Shown here: positions 45,123-55,464 of the stretch, one piece after another | Layout: every line of letters begins with the position of its first letter | Position numbering within the stretch: position 1 is the stretch's first letter | NCBI GenBank assembly: GCA_964561995.1 | Contig: CAZLQZ010000002.1 | Coordinates: 38,442 to 102,441 of the forward strand | DNA from: an uncultured Methanosarcinales archaeon | GTDB lineage: Archaea > Nanobdellota > Nanobdellia > Woesearchaeales > JABIAG01 | Length of the DNA: 64,000 bases | Direction: 5' to 3' | The notes under the pieces: generated by a model | Databases searched by the model: none | Told to the model about the DNA's origin: nothing | Seen by the model: the letters and a program-made list of their open reading frames with translations, nothing else | Translations under genes and position numbers: made by a program

Positions 45123-47663
45123 ATGAAGAAATCTATATCTTTTCTTATCTGTATGTTGTTTTTAGCTAGTTTTGTATCTGCCGGATATTCTTCTAACGCT
45201 CATACTGCTACGGTTTCTTGGGTAGTTCCTATTCCTACTCAAATATATGAACACAGTAAAAGTGCATTTATGCTTAAAGTTGATAATGGTCTTGGTGCTG
45301 GAAATAAAAGTATTGATTTTGTAAGTTTGAACACATATAATTTTGAAGTTCAACCAATTACGCCAAATAATTGGAATTTGATTTCAAGTCAATTTACTTC
45401 AAATTGGTCAACAAATCTTGTTGCACTTGCAAATGGTGCTTCTCAAATATTTCAATTTAATCTTACTGCTCCTAATGTAATTGGCAATACGGTATATAAT
45501 GTAACTATCCTTACTAATGATACTGTTTCAAGTCAAAATATCAATAATCTTTCAATTACTGTACTTAATGATGTAATTCCTCCAAGATATACTATTATAA
45601 ACCCATTAAATGCAACAATTGTTAAAAATGAAACTATTTTGTTTAATATTACTTATACTGAATCAGAATCTGGATTTAATAATGGAAGTTTAATATACAA
45701 TTATACTTCTTTGCTTTTTGAATCAGAATTAAAAAATTATTTGTTGATGGATTGTGTTATAAATAGTTGTAATACTTTTCTTAATATTACAAAATTAGAA
45801 TCCTTTTTTAGTTTAAAGTTTAATTTGACAGATAAGGCTGGCAACCATAATGAAACTCCTTACATTTGGTTGTATGTAGATGTCGATTCTCCAACAATTA
45901 ACAATATTTTTCCAGATGATGGATTTAATACTAGTTTAGAATTGTTTAACGTAACTGTTAATGTTTCTGATGATTCATTTAGTTTAGATTCTGGATTTTC
46001 TCCCTTAGTTAATTGTAGTGTTAATATTGATAATATTTATTTTTCAAGTGTAACTTTTAATTCTAATAATACTAAATCAATTGAATCTAACATTTCATCT
46101 TTAATCGATGGAAATCATTCGTGGTATGTTGAATGTGTAGATAAGACTGGGTGGAATACTGTTTCTTCAAATAGAACTTTTAAATTTGATACTACGGGTC
46201 CTGTTATTTCATTAATTAATCCTTTAAACAATTCTGTTATTGAAGAGGGATCAATTGTAAATCTTAATGTTGTTGATGGTTTAAGTGATGTTGATGTAGT
46301 TTGGTATACTAATTCAAGTAATAATGTAACTATTAATCCATATAATGTTAATACTAGTGGGTGGAGTTACGGAATTAATTATTTAAATGTCTTTGCAAAT
46401 GATTCTTTAGGTAATTTAGGTCAAAATTTGTTTACTTTTAAAGTTGATAATTTAGGTCCAAGTATAATTTTATTACATCCTAATAATAATTCCTTATCAA
46501 ATTCAGTAAGATTTAATGCTACTGATGAATTTAGTTTTAATTTAAGTTGTAATTTGTTAATTAATGGTAGTATTAATCAAACTGTTATTGCACAGAATTC
46601 AACTGAAAAATAAATTAATTTAAGTTTAATTGATGGATCTTACAGATGGCAAATTAATTGTTCTGATATTTTTAACAATTCAAATGCAAGTGAAGTTAGA
46701 GTAATTAAATTAGATAATACTGTTCCCTTTATAGAAATAATATCTCCATTAAATAATAGTAATGGTCAAACAGTTAATGTATCTTATAATTATACTGAAA
46801 ATAATTTAGCAAATTGTAGTGTTTATGTTAATGGTGTTTTAAATAAAACTAGTAATGGGAATAATTTTACAATTAATTTATCTTCATCTAATTTAGAACA
46901 AATAATTAATGTTTCTTGTTTGGATCTTGCAGGTAATGTTGGTTGGAGTGACGATGCTATAGTTTATCATGATAATATCAGTCCTGTTTTGGGAAATACT
47001 TCTGTATTTGTAACTTATAACTCTGCAAAAATTAATTGGAGTGTAAGTGAAATAGCTAATAATAGTGTAAATTATACTCATTCAGGTAATAATAATTCAT
47101 TTTTAACTTATGGTAATCTTAATGCTTTTGCAGAAGTTAATTTAACAAGTTTAGGTGCCAATACTCTATATTTTTATTATGTAAGTTCTTGTGATAAATT
47201 CAATCAATGTTCAAATAGTAGTTTATTAAATTTTACAACAACTTTTGCTCCATCAAGTCCTAGTTCTAGTGGTGGCGGTGGTAGTAGTAATGATGATTCA
47301 GAAGATGATACTGATTTTATTTGCTATGAAGAATGGATTTGCGGACCTTGGTCTAGTTGTGTAGATGGTGAAGAAACAAAAAAATGTTTTGATGGTAATA
47401 ATTGTGGGACTGATGATGATAAACCTGAAATGTCTAGAGAATGTGAATTAGTCTTGGAAGAAAATGATGATGGAGATACTTCTGACGATGTAAATGTTTT
47501 GGGTAATGAAACTCAAGAAAATGGTTTGGGTGGAGTAACTGGTGCTTTTTTAGGTATTAATTCATTTACTTGGTTTGGAATAATTGGTTTATTTTTAATA
47601 ATCATAATTCTCTTGATTTGGTTGTATATATCTAAAAGAAAAATTAAAGTTGAATTAGATTAA
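45123..47663 (+). pseudogene. sequon-rich surface glycoprotein (signal peptide ... Ser/Gly/Asp linker ... C-terminal TM anchor) whose 846-codon frame is interrupted by one in-frame TAA at 46611-46613
   Basis: ORFs 45123-46613 and 46920-47663 are in the same frame. Translating 46614-46919 by hand gives no further stops. Only the first part has a signal peptide and only the last has the TM anchor. There are more than 30 N-x-S/T sequons. Repeated ~100-aa modules begin with I-x-P-L-N-x-S/T. Confidence 0.5.
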
Positions 47664-48548
47664 ACTTTCAAATTCTTTTAAGAATTTTTTTACAATTTCT
47701 TTTTCTCTGATTATGATTATGTTCTCATCATTTATTTTATTTCCCGAACCTGTTGGGTTATAGCTGCCTGTTATTACTGTATTGTTATCTATAATGAATG
47801 TTTTATGATGTAGTGTATGAGGATTAGAATCTAAAAAAACTTCAAAGCTCGAGTTCATAAATTTAAACTTATTGTATTTCATATTTATTCTTTTTTTTTC
47901 CATTACGCCTTTTACTTCAATATCTTTACTTTTTTCAATTAATAGCTGAGCAATATCTTGATCTGTAAAAGAAAATGTCATAAAGTAAATGCTTTCTTTT
48001 GCTTTTTTTAATTCATTTAAAACTTTTTCTTGACAATTATCTTCAGGACAAAAATAATTGTTTAATATTTTATTGTTTAAAACAATAGTTGGATATTTCA
48101 CCTTACTTCCTTTTCCATAAACTTCATAATCTAATTCTTTGAATTCATCCAAGTAATTTTTAGCTAAATAATCTGATTCAATGATTAATACATTGTTGTT
48201 ATTTTTGTAATTGCCATTTAATGTGGGGTTCATGCTTCCAGTCCAGATTATGCTATTATTTATAATGCAAAATTTGTTGTGCATTAGACCGCTTTTTCTT
48301 TTATGAATTATTAGTTCATCGACATTGTCTTTTATTTCTTTTAAGTTTAAATCATAGAAAGCACATTTTACTTCTGAGTTTTTTGTTAGTTTGACAAACT
48401 CATTTGAGCAGTTAGTTTTTGGACAAAAAAATACTGTTGTTTTTCCTTGTTCTGTTGGAATTGGATTCTGAACAATTTCAGCAGTAAAATTATTCAAACT
48501 ACAAGCTGTTAGTAATAATAATAATAGTAAAAGTATTGCATATTTCAT
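47655..48548 (-). CDS. secreted/lipoprotein phospholipase D-family protein with two HKD motifs
   Basis: HNKFCII...GSMN and HHKTFII...GSYN HKD motifs. N-terminal LLLLLLLTACSL lipobox-like signal. 9-nt convergent overlap with the surface-protein gene. Confidence 0.65.
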   Translation of the reverse strand: MKYAILLLLLLLLTACSLNNFTAEIVQNPIPTEQGKTTVFFCPKTNCSNEFVKLTKNSEVKCAFYDLNLKEIKDNVDELIIHKRKSGLMHNKFCIINNSIIWTGSMNPTLNGNYKNNNNVLIIESDYLAKNYLDEFKELDYEVYGKGSKVKYPTIVLNNKILNNYFCPEDNCQEKVLNELKKAKESIYFMTFSFTDQDIAQLLIEKSKDIEVKGVMEKKRINMKYNKFKFMNSSFEVFLDSNPHTLHHKTFIIDNNTVITGSYNPTGSGNKINDENIIIIREKEIVKKFLKEFESLI

Positions 48549-48699
48549 GATTTAATTTATATTTTTATTATTAATAAATCTTAATGAAGAAATTTCGTAA
48601 TTTTTCTAGTTATTTCGGAATATTTTTGAAATCAAGTATTAACCTTATATTAATTTTATATTATAAATATTTATAAACTTTAATTATTTGTAGTATTAT

Positions 48700-50031
48700 A
48701 TGGAATTATCAGTTGGTAATTTGATTTTAATTGGATTATATTTCTTAATAGTATTTGCAATTGGTTTTTGGGTTAAAAAAAAAGAAAGTGTTAAAGATTA
48801 TTTGAATGCTAATCGAAAGGTTGGTTTATTACAAACTACTGCTTCAATTGTAGCTGTCATGGGTGGAATGATGATTGTTGCTCAGGCAACTTTGGGATTT
48901 GAAATGGGTATTGCTGCAGTATGGTATTTTATTGGTATTGCATTAGGCATGGTATTTTTAGGTTTTTGTGCTGGTAAAGTTAGAAAAATTGCTATTGAAA
49001 AAAACTTTTTGACTTTGTCTGATTATTTTATGGAAAAATTTGATTATAAAAATAAAATTTTGGCTGCGATTATTCTTTTTATTGCTTTTTTTTCATTATT
49101 AGTTGGTCAGTTTATTGCAGCTGGTAGTTTATTTTCACCTTTATTGGGGATTCATTATTCCGCTTCAATTATTTTAATGATGGTTACAGTATTGATTTAT
49201 TTGCTTTTAGGTGGTTTTAAAGCTGTTATAAAAACAGATTTATTACAATTTTTTATTATGGCAATAGTTTTTTTCTCAATTCTTTTTGTAATTAATATAG
49301 GTGATTATGCACCTGAACAAGTTAATATTTCTTCCATCGGTGGGTCATATATTGCAATCTTTTTACTAATTGGTGCTTTTGCAATTTTGAGTGGTCCTGA
49401 TATTTGGCAAAGAATATTTTCTGCAAAAGATTCTAAAACTGCAAAAAATGCTTCTTTTTTGTCTGCGGCTTTATTTTTAATTTTTGGTACTGTTTTAACA
49501 ATTATTGGAATTGCAGCTAAGAATAATTTTTCAGGAATAAAACCCGAAGAAGCTTTGTATTATGGTTTGTTTCAACTTATTCCTTTACCTTTAATTGGAA
49601 TCGCAATTATTTTTATTTTAGCAGCAATTATGTCCACAATCGATACTGAATTATTTTATTTGTCTTCAAGTATTTCAAAAGATTTTCTTCAAAATAAACA
49701 TATTTATTCTGAAAAAGAACTGGTGAAAAATATTAGAAAGTATATTTTAATTATAGCTATAGTTTCAGCATTGACTGCAATATTTTTCTCAAATATTATT
49801 ACTCTTATTTTTGGAATTGTGAGTTTATCTTTAGCAGTATCTCCGTCACTTGTTGCTTCTTTTTTTTGGAAATTAAAAAACAATGCTGTTTTTATTAGTA
49901 TGCTTTCTGGTTTAATTAGTTTAGTGGTTCTTTTTATTTTTGGAAGTTTTAATCCTGATACTTCTTTAATACCTTTGCCTGTTGCAATTTTATTTTTAAT
50001 TGTAGGGCAAATATTTTGTCGAAAAAAATAG
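48700..50031 (+). CDS. sodium:solute symporter (SSS) family transporter
   Basis: About 13 TM helices and an N-terminal layout typical of the SSS family (PutP/PanF-like). Confidence 0.55.
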   Translation: MELSVGNLILIGLYFLIVFAIGFWVKKKESVKDYLNANRKVGLLQTTASIVAVMGGMMIVAQATLGFEMGIAAVWYFIGIALGMVFLGFCAGKVRKIAIEKNFLTLSDYFMEKFDYKNKILAAIILFIAFFSLLVGQFIAAGSLFSPLLGIHYSASIILMMVTVLIYLLLGGFKAVIKTDLLQFFIMAIVFFSILFVINIGDYAPEQVNISSIGGSYIAIFLLIGAFAILSGPDIWQRIFSAKDSKTAKNASFLSAALFLIFGTVLTIIGIAAKNNFSGIKPEEALYYGLFQLIPLPLIGIAIIFILAAIMSTIDTELFYLSSSISKDFLQNKHIYSEKELVKNIRKYILIIAIVSALTAIFFSNIITLIFGIVSLSLAVSPSLVASFFWKLKNNAVFISMLSGLISLVVLFIFGSFNPDTSLIPLPVAILFLIVGQIFCRKK

Positions 50032-50033
50032 AA

Positions 50034-50327
50034 TTATAATATTTTTGTTGCACTAATTAACTTGAACATTAAAGTAATTGCAATAATTATTATTACAGTT
50101 CCCAAAACAATTCCCGCAATTTGTATTGTAACTTTATCATTGTTAGCATTATTTGTTCTTGAGTGATTTACGTAGCTAATTCCAATGAAAATGTATAACG
50201 TTAATACCGAAAATATAACATTTTTAAATAAATCATCTCCAATTACAATAAATAAAATGGAAATCATAAATCCAATTAGTGAAAGTCTATGTATCCATGT
50301 TAATATTGAATCTAATTTGTTGTTCAT
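50034..50327 (-). CDS. small 2-3 TM membrane protein
   Basis: 97 aa, hydrophobic. Confidence 0.25.
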   Translation of the reverse strand: MNNKLDSILTWIHRLSLIGFMISILFIVIGDDLFKNVIFSVLTLYIFIGISYVNHSRTNNANNDKVTIQIAGIVLGTVIIIIAITLMFKLISATKIL

Positions 50328-50454
50328 ATTGTTGTATTTATTTATTTAAGTTAAATAACTTTGTTACTACTTTAGAATGCTCCCTTATAGAAATCTTTAT
50401 AAATCTCTTTATCTTCCTTTTTAATTAATTATTATCTATCACCTCTTTTTCCCG

Positions 50455-50480
50455 CACAAGCTTCCTTCGGGGAGCTTGTG
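50455..50480. other. GC-rich 11-bp stem hairpin with a UUCG tetraloop (terminator or small structured RNA)
   Basis: CACAAGCTTCC-TTCG-GGGAGCTTGTG. A single G-U pair. In an AT-rich intergenic region just downstream of the stop of the Lon-like gene. Confidence 0.4.
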
Positions 50481-50498
50481 AGGGTTTATAATCTTCTA

Positions 50499-52226
50499 TT
50501 AATGATCTAAATGCTTAGCAAGAACAATATAAGTAATAATTACACCTGTTAATATTCCCATTACATAAACTAAAAATAGTTCATATTTACCTTCTTCTTT
50601 TTCTTGAAAGGTAATCTTATTATTATTAGTAAAATAAACGTCAAAACTACTTAATTCTAAGGCATATTGAGAAAATAATAAAGAAGAATAAATGCTTTCA
50701 TTTTTAAGATTAGATGAATATTCATAATACGAATATCCTATAATTGGAAAAAATCCTCTTTCTTGTTCTTTTATTATATTATTTTTAGCAACTTTTAGTT
50801 TTAAGTCAACAATTTGTTTTAAAACTTCTTCATCAGATGTTCCCATGCTACTAATTATTGAATCTGAATTTGCTTTAGCTAAAGATGCTGAGTTTAAACA
50901 TAAGGCATAATTTCTATTGTTATATTCGGTTCTGGCTTTTTCAATTTGTCCTTTTATTTGTTCTAAATCAATAGGATATACTTCCATTACATATTGATAT
51001 CGTTCTTCAGCTTCTGCAGTTTTAGTTTGGCATGATTCTTTTAAAACTTCTTGACTGAGTTCTAACTCTTTTCCTTCCATCTCAAAAAATTTACTCCATG
51101 AAATTGCCGAATTAAATCTTTCTTCAGAATAAGAATATAAATATATGGCATTTACTGTTTCATTATTATTTAATGATAAGTTGGCATTATTTAATAGTGT
51201 TGATGCTTCATTAATTCTTTCTTTAACTATCATAAAAGTTTGAAGTTTTGGAATCGTATTTATTTTTTTATTTGTAATATCTTTATCATACTTTTTTATT
51301 TTTTCAATAAGCACTTTTATTTTTGATTGAAGTAAATCTTCGCTAATACCTTCATTTGCATAATTGTTTAATCTTATATTTGCTGAAAAACACTTTGACG
51401 CTGCAGAATAATAATCTCCTTTTTCATATAATAATTTTGATTCGTTAACGATATTAATGGTTGAATTTAATTCCTTTTTTTCTTTTTCAATAGGGGGAAT
51501 TAATTCTTTTGTTCTATCACAAAGTTCTTTAGAAACTTGTTTCATAATCTTATTATATTCTTCATTAATTTCTACATCTTTATTAACATCTTTTTTTAAT
51601 TCTTTATTTAGTAATTCTGTTAAAGCATCATTTAAGATTCCTATTTCTTTGACGATTATTCCTTTTTCTTTTGCATATTTAATTAAATCAAAAGTTTCAT
51701 TATTTTCTTCAGTAATTGATTCTCCAATTGGAATTAGTACTTTTTTTATACCTGCTTTTTTAGCTGCTTCAATTTTTTCTTTTATTCCGCTAACGGGTCC
51801 TACTATTCCTCCTGAATTAATTGTTCCAGTCATAGCTGTTTTTTGATCGAATTTTTCATCAAGTAATGTTATGACCGTTAAAGCAGACATTGCGGCACCT
51901 GCGGATGGTCCTCCAACAATTGGTGCAGAAGATTTAATAGTATAAACAAAATCTAAATTAGAACAGTCTGTTTCTAAATATTTACATGCAATTTCTTTTG
52001 CTAATCTTGTTGAAACTTGGGTGTCTATTTTTGTTAATGGTGAAGTTTCTAAAAAAACACGTCCTTTTCCATCAGTAATTTCTAAAGTTAATTCAGCAGT
52101 TCCGCCTTCAAAACCATTGTCTGTTTCTTTTACTGCTAGTAATGTCATACTGTTTTCAACTGCAAGTACAGAGTTAATCATTAAAAGCAATATAAAAAAC
52201 ATAAAAAACAGCAATCTTTTTTTCAT
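50499..52226 (-). CDS. Lon (S16) protease-domain protein without an AAA+ module. Signal peptide plus C-terminal TM anchor.
   Basis: GPSAGAAMSALTVI (catalytic Ser) and GIKEKIEAAKKAGIKKVLIP (catalytic Lys region). N-terminal signal. C-terminal hydrophobic helix. Confidence 0.6.
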   Translation of the reverse strand: MKKRLLFFMFFILLLMINSVLAVENSMTLLAVKETDNGFEGGTAELTLEITDGKGRVFLETSPLTKIDTQVSTRLAKEIACKYLETDCSNLDFVYTIKSSAPIVGGPSAGAAMSALTVITLLDEKFDQKTAMTGTINSGGIVGPVSGIKEKIEAAKKAGIKKVLIPIGESITEENNETFDLIKYAKEKGIIVKEIGILNDALTELLNKELKKDVNKDVEINEEYNKIMKQVSKELCDRTKELIPPIEKEKKELNSTINIVNESKLLYEKGDYYSAASKCFSANIRLNNYANEGISEDLLQSKIKVLIEKIKKYDKDITNKKINTIPKLQTFMIVKERINEASTLLNNANLSLNNNETVNAIYLYSYSEERFNSAISWSKFFEMEGKELELSQEVLKESCQTKTAEAEERYQYVMEVYPIDLEQIKGQIEKARTEYNNRNYALCLNSASLAKANSDSIISSMGTSDEEVLKQIVDLKLKVAKNNIIKEQERGFFPIIGYSYYEYSSNLKNESIYSSLLFSQYALELSSFDVYFTNNNKITFQEKEEGKYELFLVYVMGILTGVIITYIVLAKHLDH

Positions 52227-52320
52227 TTTAATTACCTTTTTTTGAGTTTTTATAAATATTCTTGTAATTATAGCTATAATACAGGTAAAATTTATTAATC
52301 AAACCTTTTTAATCTTAAAT

Positions 52321-54753
52321 ATGGAATTACCTAAACACTATAAACCTGAAGAATCTGAACCAAAATGGCAAAAACTTTGGGAAGATGAAAAGATTTATTC
52401 ATTTGACTCCGAAAATACTGAAAAAGAAATCTTTTCTATTGATACTCCGCCACCAACTGTTTCTGGTAAAATGCATATGGGGCACGCTTTTAGTAATTCT
52501 CATCAAGATTTTATTGCAAGATATAAAAGAATGAAAGGTTTTAATGTTTTACAGCCTTTAGGAACAGATGATAATGGTCTACCTACTTTAATTCTGATTC
52601 AAAAATTAGAAAAGGTTAAAGCTTCAAAAATGGATAGAAAGGAGTTTAGAAAATTAGTTTTAGATAAGTTAGAAAAGGAACTTAAACCAAGTTATATTGG
52701 AGATTGGAAAAGATTAGGAATTAGTTGCGATTTTGATGTAACATATTCAACAATTGATCCACATTGTCAAAAAATCTCACAAAAGTCATTTATTGATTTG
52801 TATAAAGCAGGTAAAGAGTATAGAATTGAAGCTCCAATGATGATTTGTCCTAAATGTATGACTGCAATTGCTCAAGTTGAACTTGAAGATGCAGAATTAG
52901 ATTCTCAATTAGTTTATATTAAAGTAAAAGTTGAAACTGGGGATGAATTAGTTTTTGCAACAACAAGGCCTGAATTACTTCCTGCATGTGTTGGAATTAG
53001 TGTTCATCCTGATGATGAAAGGTATAAACATTTAATTGGTAAAAAAGTTAAACTTCCTTTAATAAATAGAGAGGTAGTTCTTTCTGCTGATAAAGAAACA
53101 GATCCTGAATATGGTTCTGGAGTTGTTTATTATTGTAGTTATGGTGGTATTGAATGTGTTGAGTGGCTTACTCGTCATCCAGATGCTAAACCAATTCATA
53201 TAATGGGTGTAAAGGGAGTTTATAATCAAAAGGCTGGAAAATATGAAGGTATGAACAGTCATGAAGCAAGAAAAGAAATTGTTATAGACCTAGAAAACGA
53301 TGGTTCTTTAGTTAAAACTGAAAACATAAAACATTCTGTAAATGTTCACGAAAGATGTGGTACTGAAATTGAGTTTGTAGCAACAAAACAATGGTTTATC
53401 AAATATCTTGAAATGAAAGATGATATGTTAAAATGGGGTAATGAACTTAATTGGTATCCTAAACATATGAAAAATCGTTATGATAATTGGGCAAATGGTC
53501 TTAAATGGGATTGGTGTATTTCAAGACAAATTCCATACGGTATTCCTTTTCCAGTTTGGTATTGTAAAGATTGTGATGAGATTATTCTAGCTAATGAAGA
53601 AGATTTACCTGTTGATCCTTTAGAAGATTCTGCTCCTGTAGATTCTTGTCCTAAATGTAATTCAAAAAATATTATTGGAGAAAAAGATATAATTAATACG
53701 TGGGCAACTAGTTCACTTACTCCAACTATTGTAAAAGAATTATTTAAAGGAAAACCAGTTTATGAAAAATTAATTAATAATCCTGAAAGTTTAAGACCGC
53801 AAGCTCACGATATTATTTCTTTTTGGTTATTTAATACAGTTGTAAAAAGTCAGCTTCATTATCAAATGCTTCCCTGGAATAATTGTATGATTAGTGGCTG
53901 GATGTTAGATCCAAAAGGGAAAAAAATGTCCAAATCAAAAGGTAATACTATTGAACCAAGAGATATGATTGAGAAATATTCCGCAGATGCTCTACGTTTT
54001 ATGGCAGGCGGAAGTAAACTTGGAGATGATTTATCTTTTCCTGAAAAAGAAGTTATGACTGGTCAAAAAACAATTACTAAATTATGGAATGCTTCTAAAT
54101 TTGCAATAATGCATTTGGAAGATTATGACCATTCTTGTCCTGAATTAAGATTAGTTGATAAATGGGCAATGAGTAAATTGCATAAATTGATTAAAGAATG
54201 TACAGAAAATTTTGAAAATTATGACTTTTCTCATGTAAGAAAAAATGTTGAAAGCTTTTTTTGGCAAGTTTTATGTGAAAACTATTTAGAAATTGCAAAA
54301 GACAGATTGTATAATCCTGATGTATGGGGAAAAACTCATAGAAAAGCTGCACAATGTACATTAAATAATTTAGTATTAAATATTTTAAAGTTGTTTGCAC
54401 CTTTCTTGCCACATATTACAGAAGAAATATATCATCTTTATTTTAAAGAAAACGAAGGTAAAAAAAGTATTCATATATCTTCTTGGCCTAAATTCCATTC
54501 GAATTTTATTGATGAAGATGCAGAAAGGGTGGGTGATATTTTAATAGATGTTGTAAATCAAATCAGAAAGGCAAAATCTGATGCAAAATTATCTATGAAA
54601 TCTGTTGTTAAGAATTTAAAATTAGTTGCACCTTTAACTAAAGATGAATTTGAAAGTATTGCAATGGAAATTGAAAAGGCATTATTTGTTGAATCTATTG
54701 ATTTTAGTGAAGGTGATTTATTGGTTGAAGTAGAATTCTTAGAAAAGCAGTAA
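52321..54753 (+). CDS. valS: valyl-tRNA synthetase
   Basis: PPPTVSGKMHMGHA...QDFIARYKRMKG (ValRS-type HIGH region). DWCISRQ. KMSKSKGN. 810 aa. Confidence 0.75.
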   Translation: MELPKHYKPEESEPKWQKLWEDEKIYSFDSENTEKEIFSIDTPPPTVSGKMHMGHAFSNSHQDFIARYKRMKGFNVLQPLGTDDNGLPTLILIQKLEKVKASKMDRKEFRKLVLDKLEKELKPSYIGDWKRLGISCDFDVTYSTIDPHCQKISQKSFIDLYKAGKEYRIEAPMMICPKCMTAIAQVELEDAELDSQLVYIKVKVETGDELVFATTRPELLPACVGISVHPDDERYKHLIGKKVKLPLINREVVLSADKETDPEYGSGVVYYCSYGGIECVEWLTRHPDAKPIHIMGVKGVYNQKAGKYEGMNSHEARKEIVIDLENDGSLVKTENIKHSVNVHERCGTEIEFVATKQWFIKYLEMKDDMLKWGNELNWYPKHMKNRYDNWANGLKWDWCISRQIPYGIPFPVWYCKDCDEIILANEEDLPVDPLEDSAPVDSCPKCNSKNIIGEKDIINTWATSSLTPTIVKELFKGKPVYEKLINNPESLRPQAHDIISFWLFNTVVKSQLHYQMLPWNNCMISGWMLDPKGKKMSKSKGNTIEPRDMIEKYSADALRFMAGGSKLGDDLSFPEKEVMTGQKTITKLWNASKFAIMHLEDYDHSCPELRLVDKWAMSKLHKLIKECTENFENYDFSHVRKNVESFFWQVLCENYLEIAKDRLYNPDVWGKTHRKAAQCTLNNLVLNILKLFAPFLPHITEEIYHLYFKENEGKKSIHISSWPKFHSNFIDEDAERVGDILIDVVNQIRKAKSDAKLSMKSVVKNLKLVAPLTKDEFESIAMEIEKALFVESIDFSEGDLLVEVEFLEKQ

Positions 54754-54816
54754 TTGTTTAACTCAGTAGTAGTTACAAAGGATATCTTTATATAATGAAT
54801 TCATTTACTCTACACT

Positions 54817-55464
54817 ATGAATCATACTGAAATAGTACATCAATCTTCGATAAATCGTTTATTGATTGAATTAGGTAATGTAACTTTAGAAGGAAAGATA
54901 AAAGAATGTTCTGGTTCTGATAAATTATTAGTAATAGTGCCTGAAATTAATGAAAGTAAAAGTTCTTTAAGTTATGTTGTGGATTATTTTTCAGATTATA
55001 ATATTTTCACTTTAGATTTAACTCCTTTTGATAAAGAGAGTAAAGATTTCAATGGGGATTTATTTAGAATGATTGATTTATCCATCGATTTAATTGAAAA
55101 GGATTATTTTAATACAAGATACAATAAAGAAATTAATTCAAGAGCATTTTTTGGTTATGGTTTTGGTGCATCAATTGGATTATTAGGTTCTTCAACAAAA
55201 TCTGCATTTAGTGCTTTTGGATTATTTAATCCTGTTATTTCATCATTAACTTATTCTTCCGGATTGCCTGTAGATTTGTTTTGTGATTGTAAGCAACCCA
55301 TTAAACCATTTTTATTAATGAAATATTTAAATGAAAAATTAATTTTTTCAAAAAACAATCTTGGATTTGATGTTAATTCTCCAAAAATTAATTATTTAGA
55401 TATTTGGAAAAACAATCCAGAAGTGTTAACTTATTATAAGAACTGGTTTCAATCTAATTTTTAA
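54817..55464 (+). CDS. hypothetical protein (possible alpha/beta-fold)
   Basis: 215 aa. No confident motif. Confidence 0.25.
   Translation: MNHTEIVHQSSINRLLIELGNVTLEGKIKECSGSDKLLVIVPEINESKSSLSYVVDYFSDYNIFTLDLTPFDKESKDFNGDLFRMIDLSIDLIEKDYFNTRYNKEINSRAFFGYGFGASIGLLGSSTKSAFSAFGLFNPVISSLTYSSGLPVDLFCDCKQPIKPFLLMKYLNEKLIFSKNNLGFDVNSPKINYLDIWKNNPEVLTYYKNWFQSNF

Noticed and set aside
46920-47663. Calling 46920-47663 as an independent gene
   Set aside because: Its called start is a TTG in the middle of a frame that is open all the way back to the TAA at 46611. It has no signal peptide or SD motif of its own. It is better explained as the C-terminal part of the interrupted surface-protein gene.
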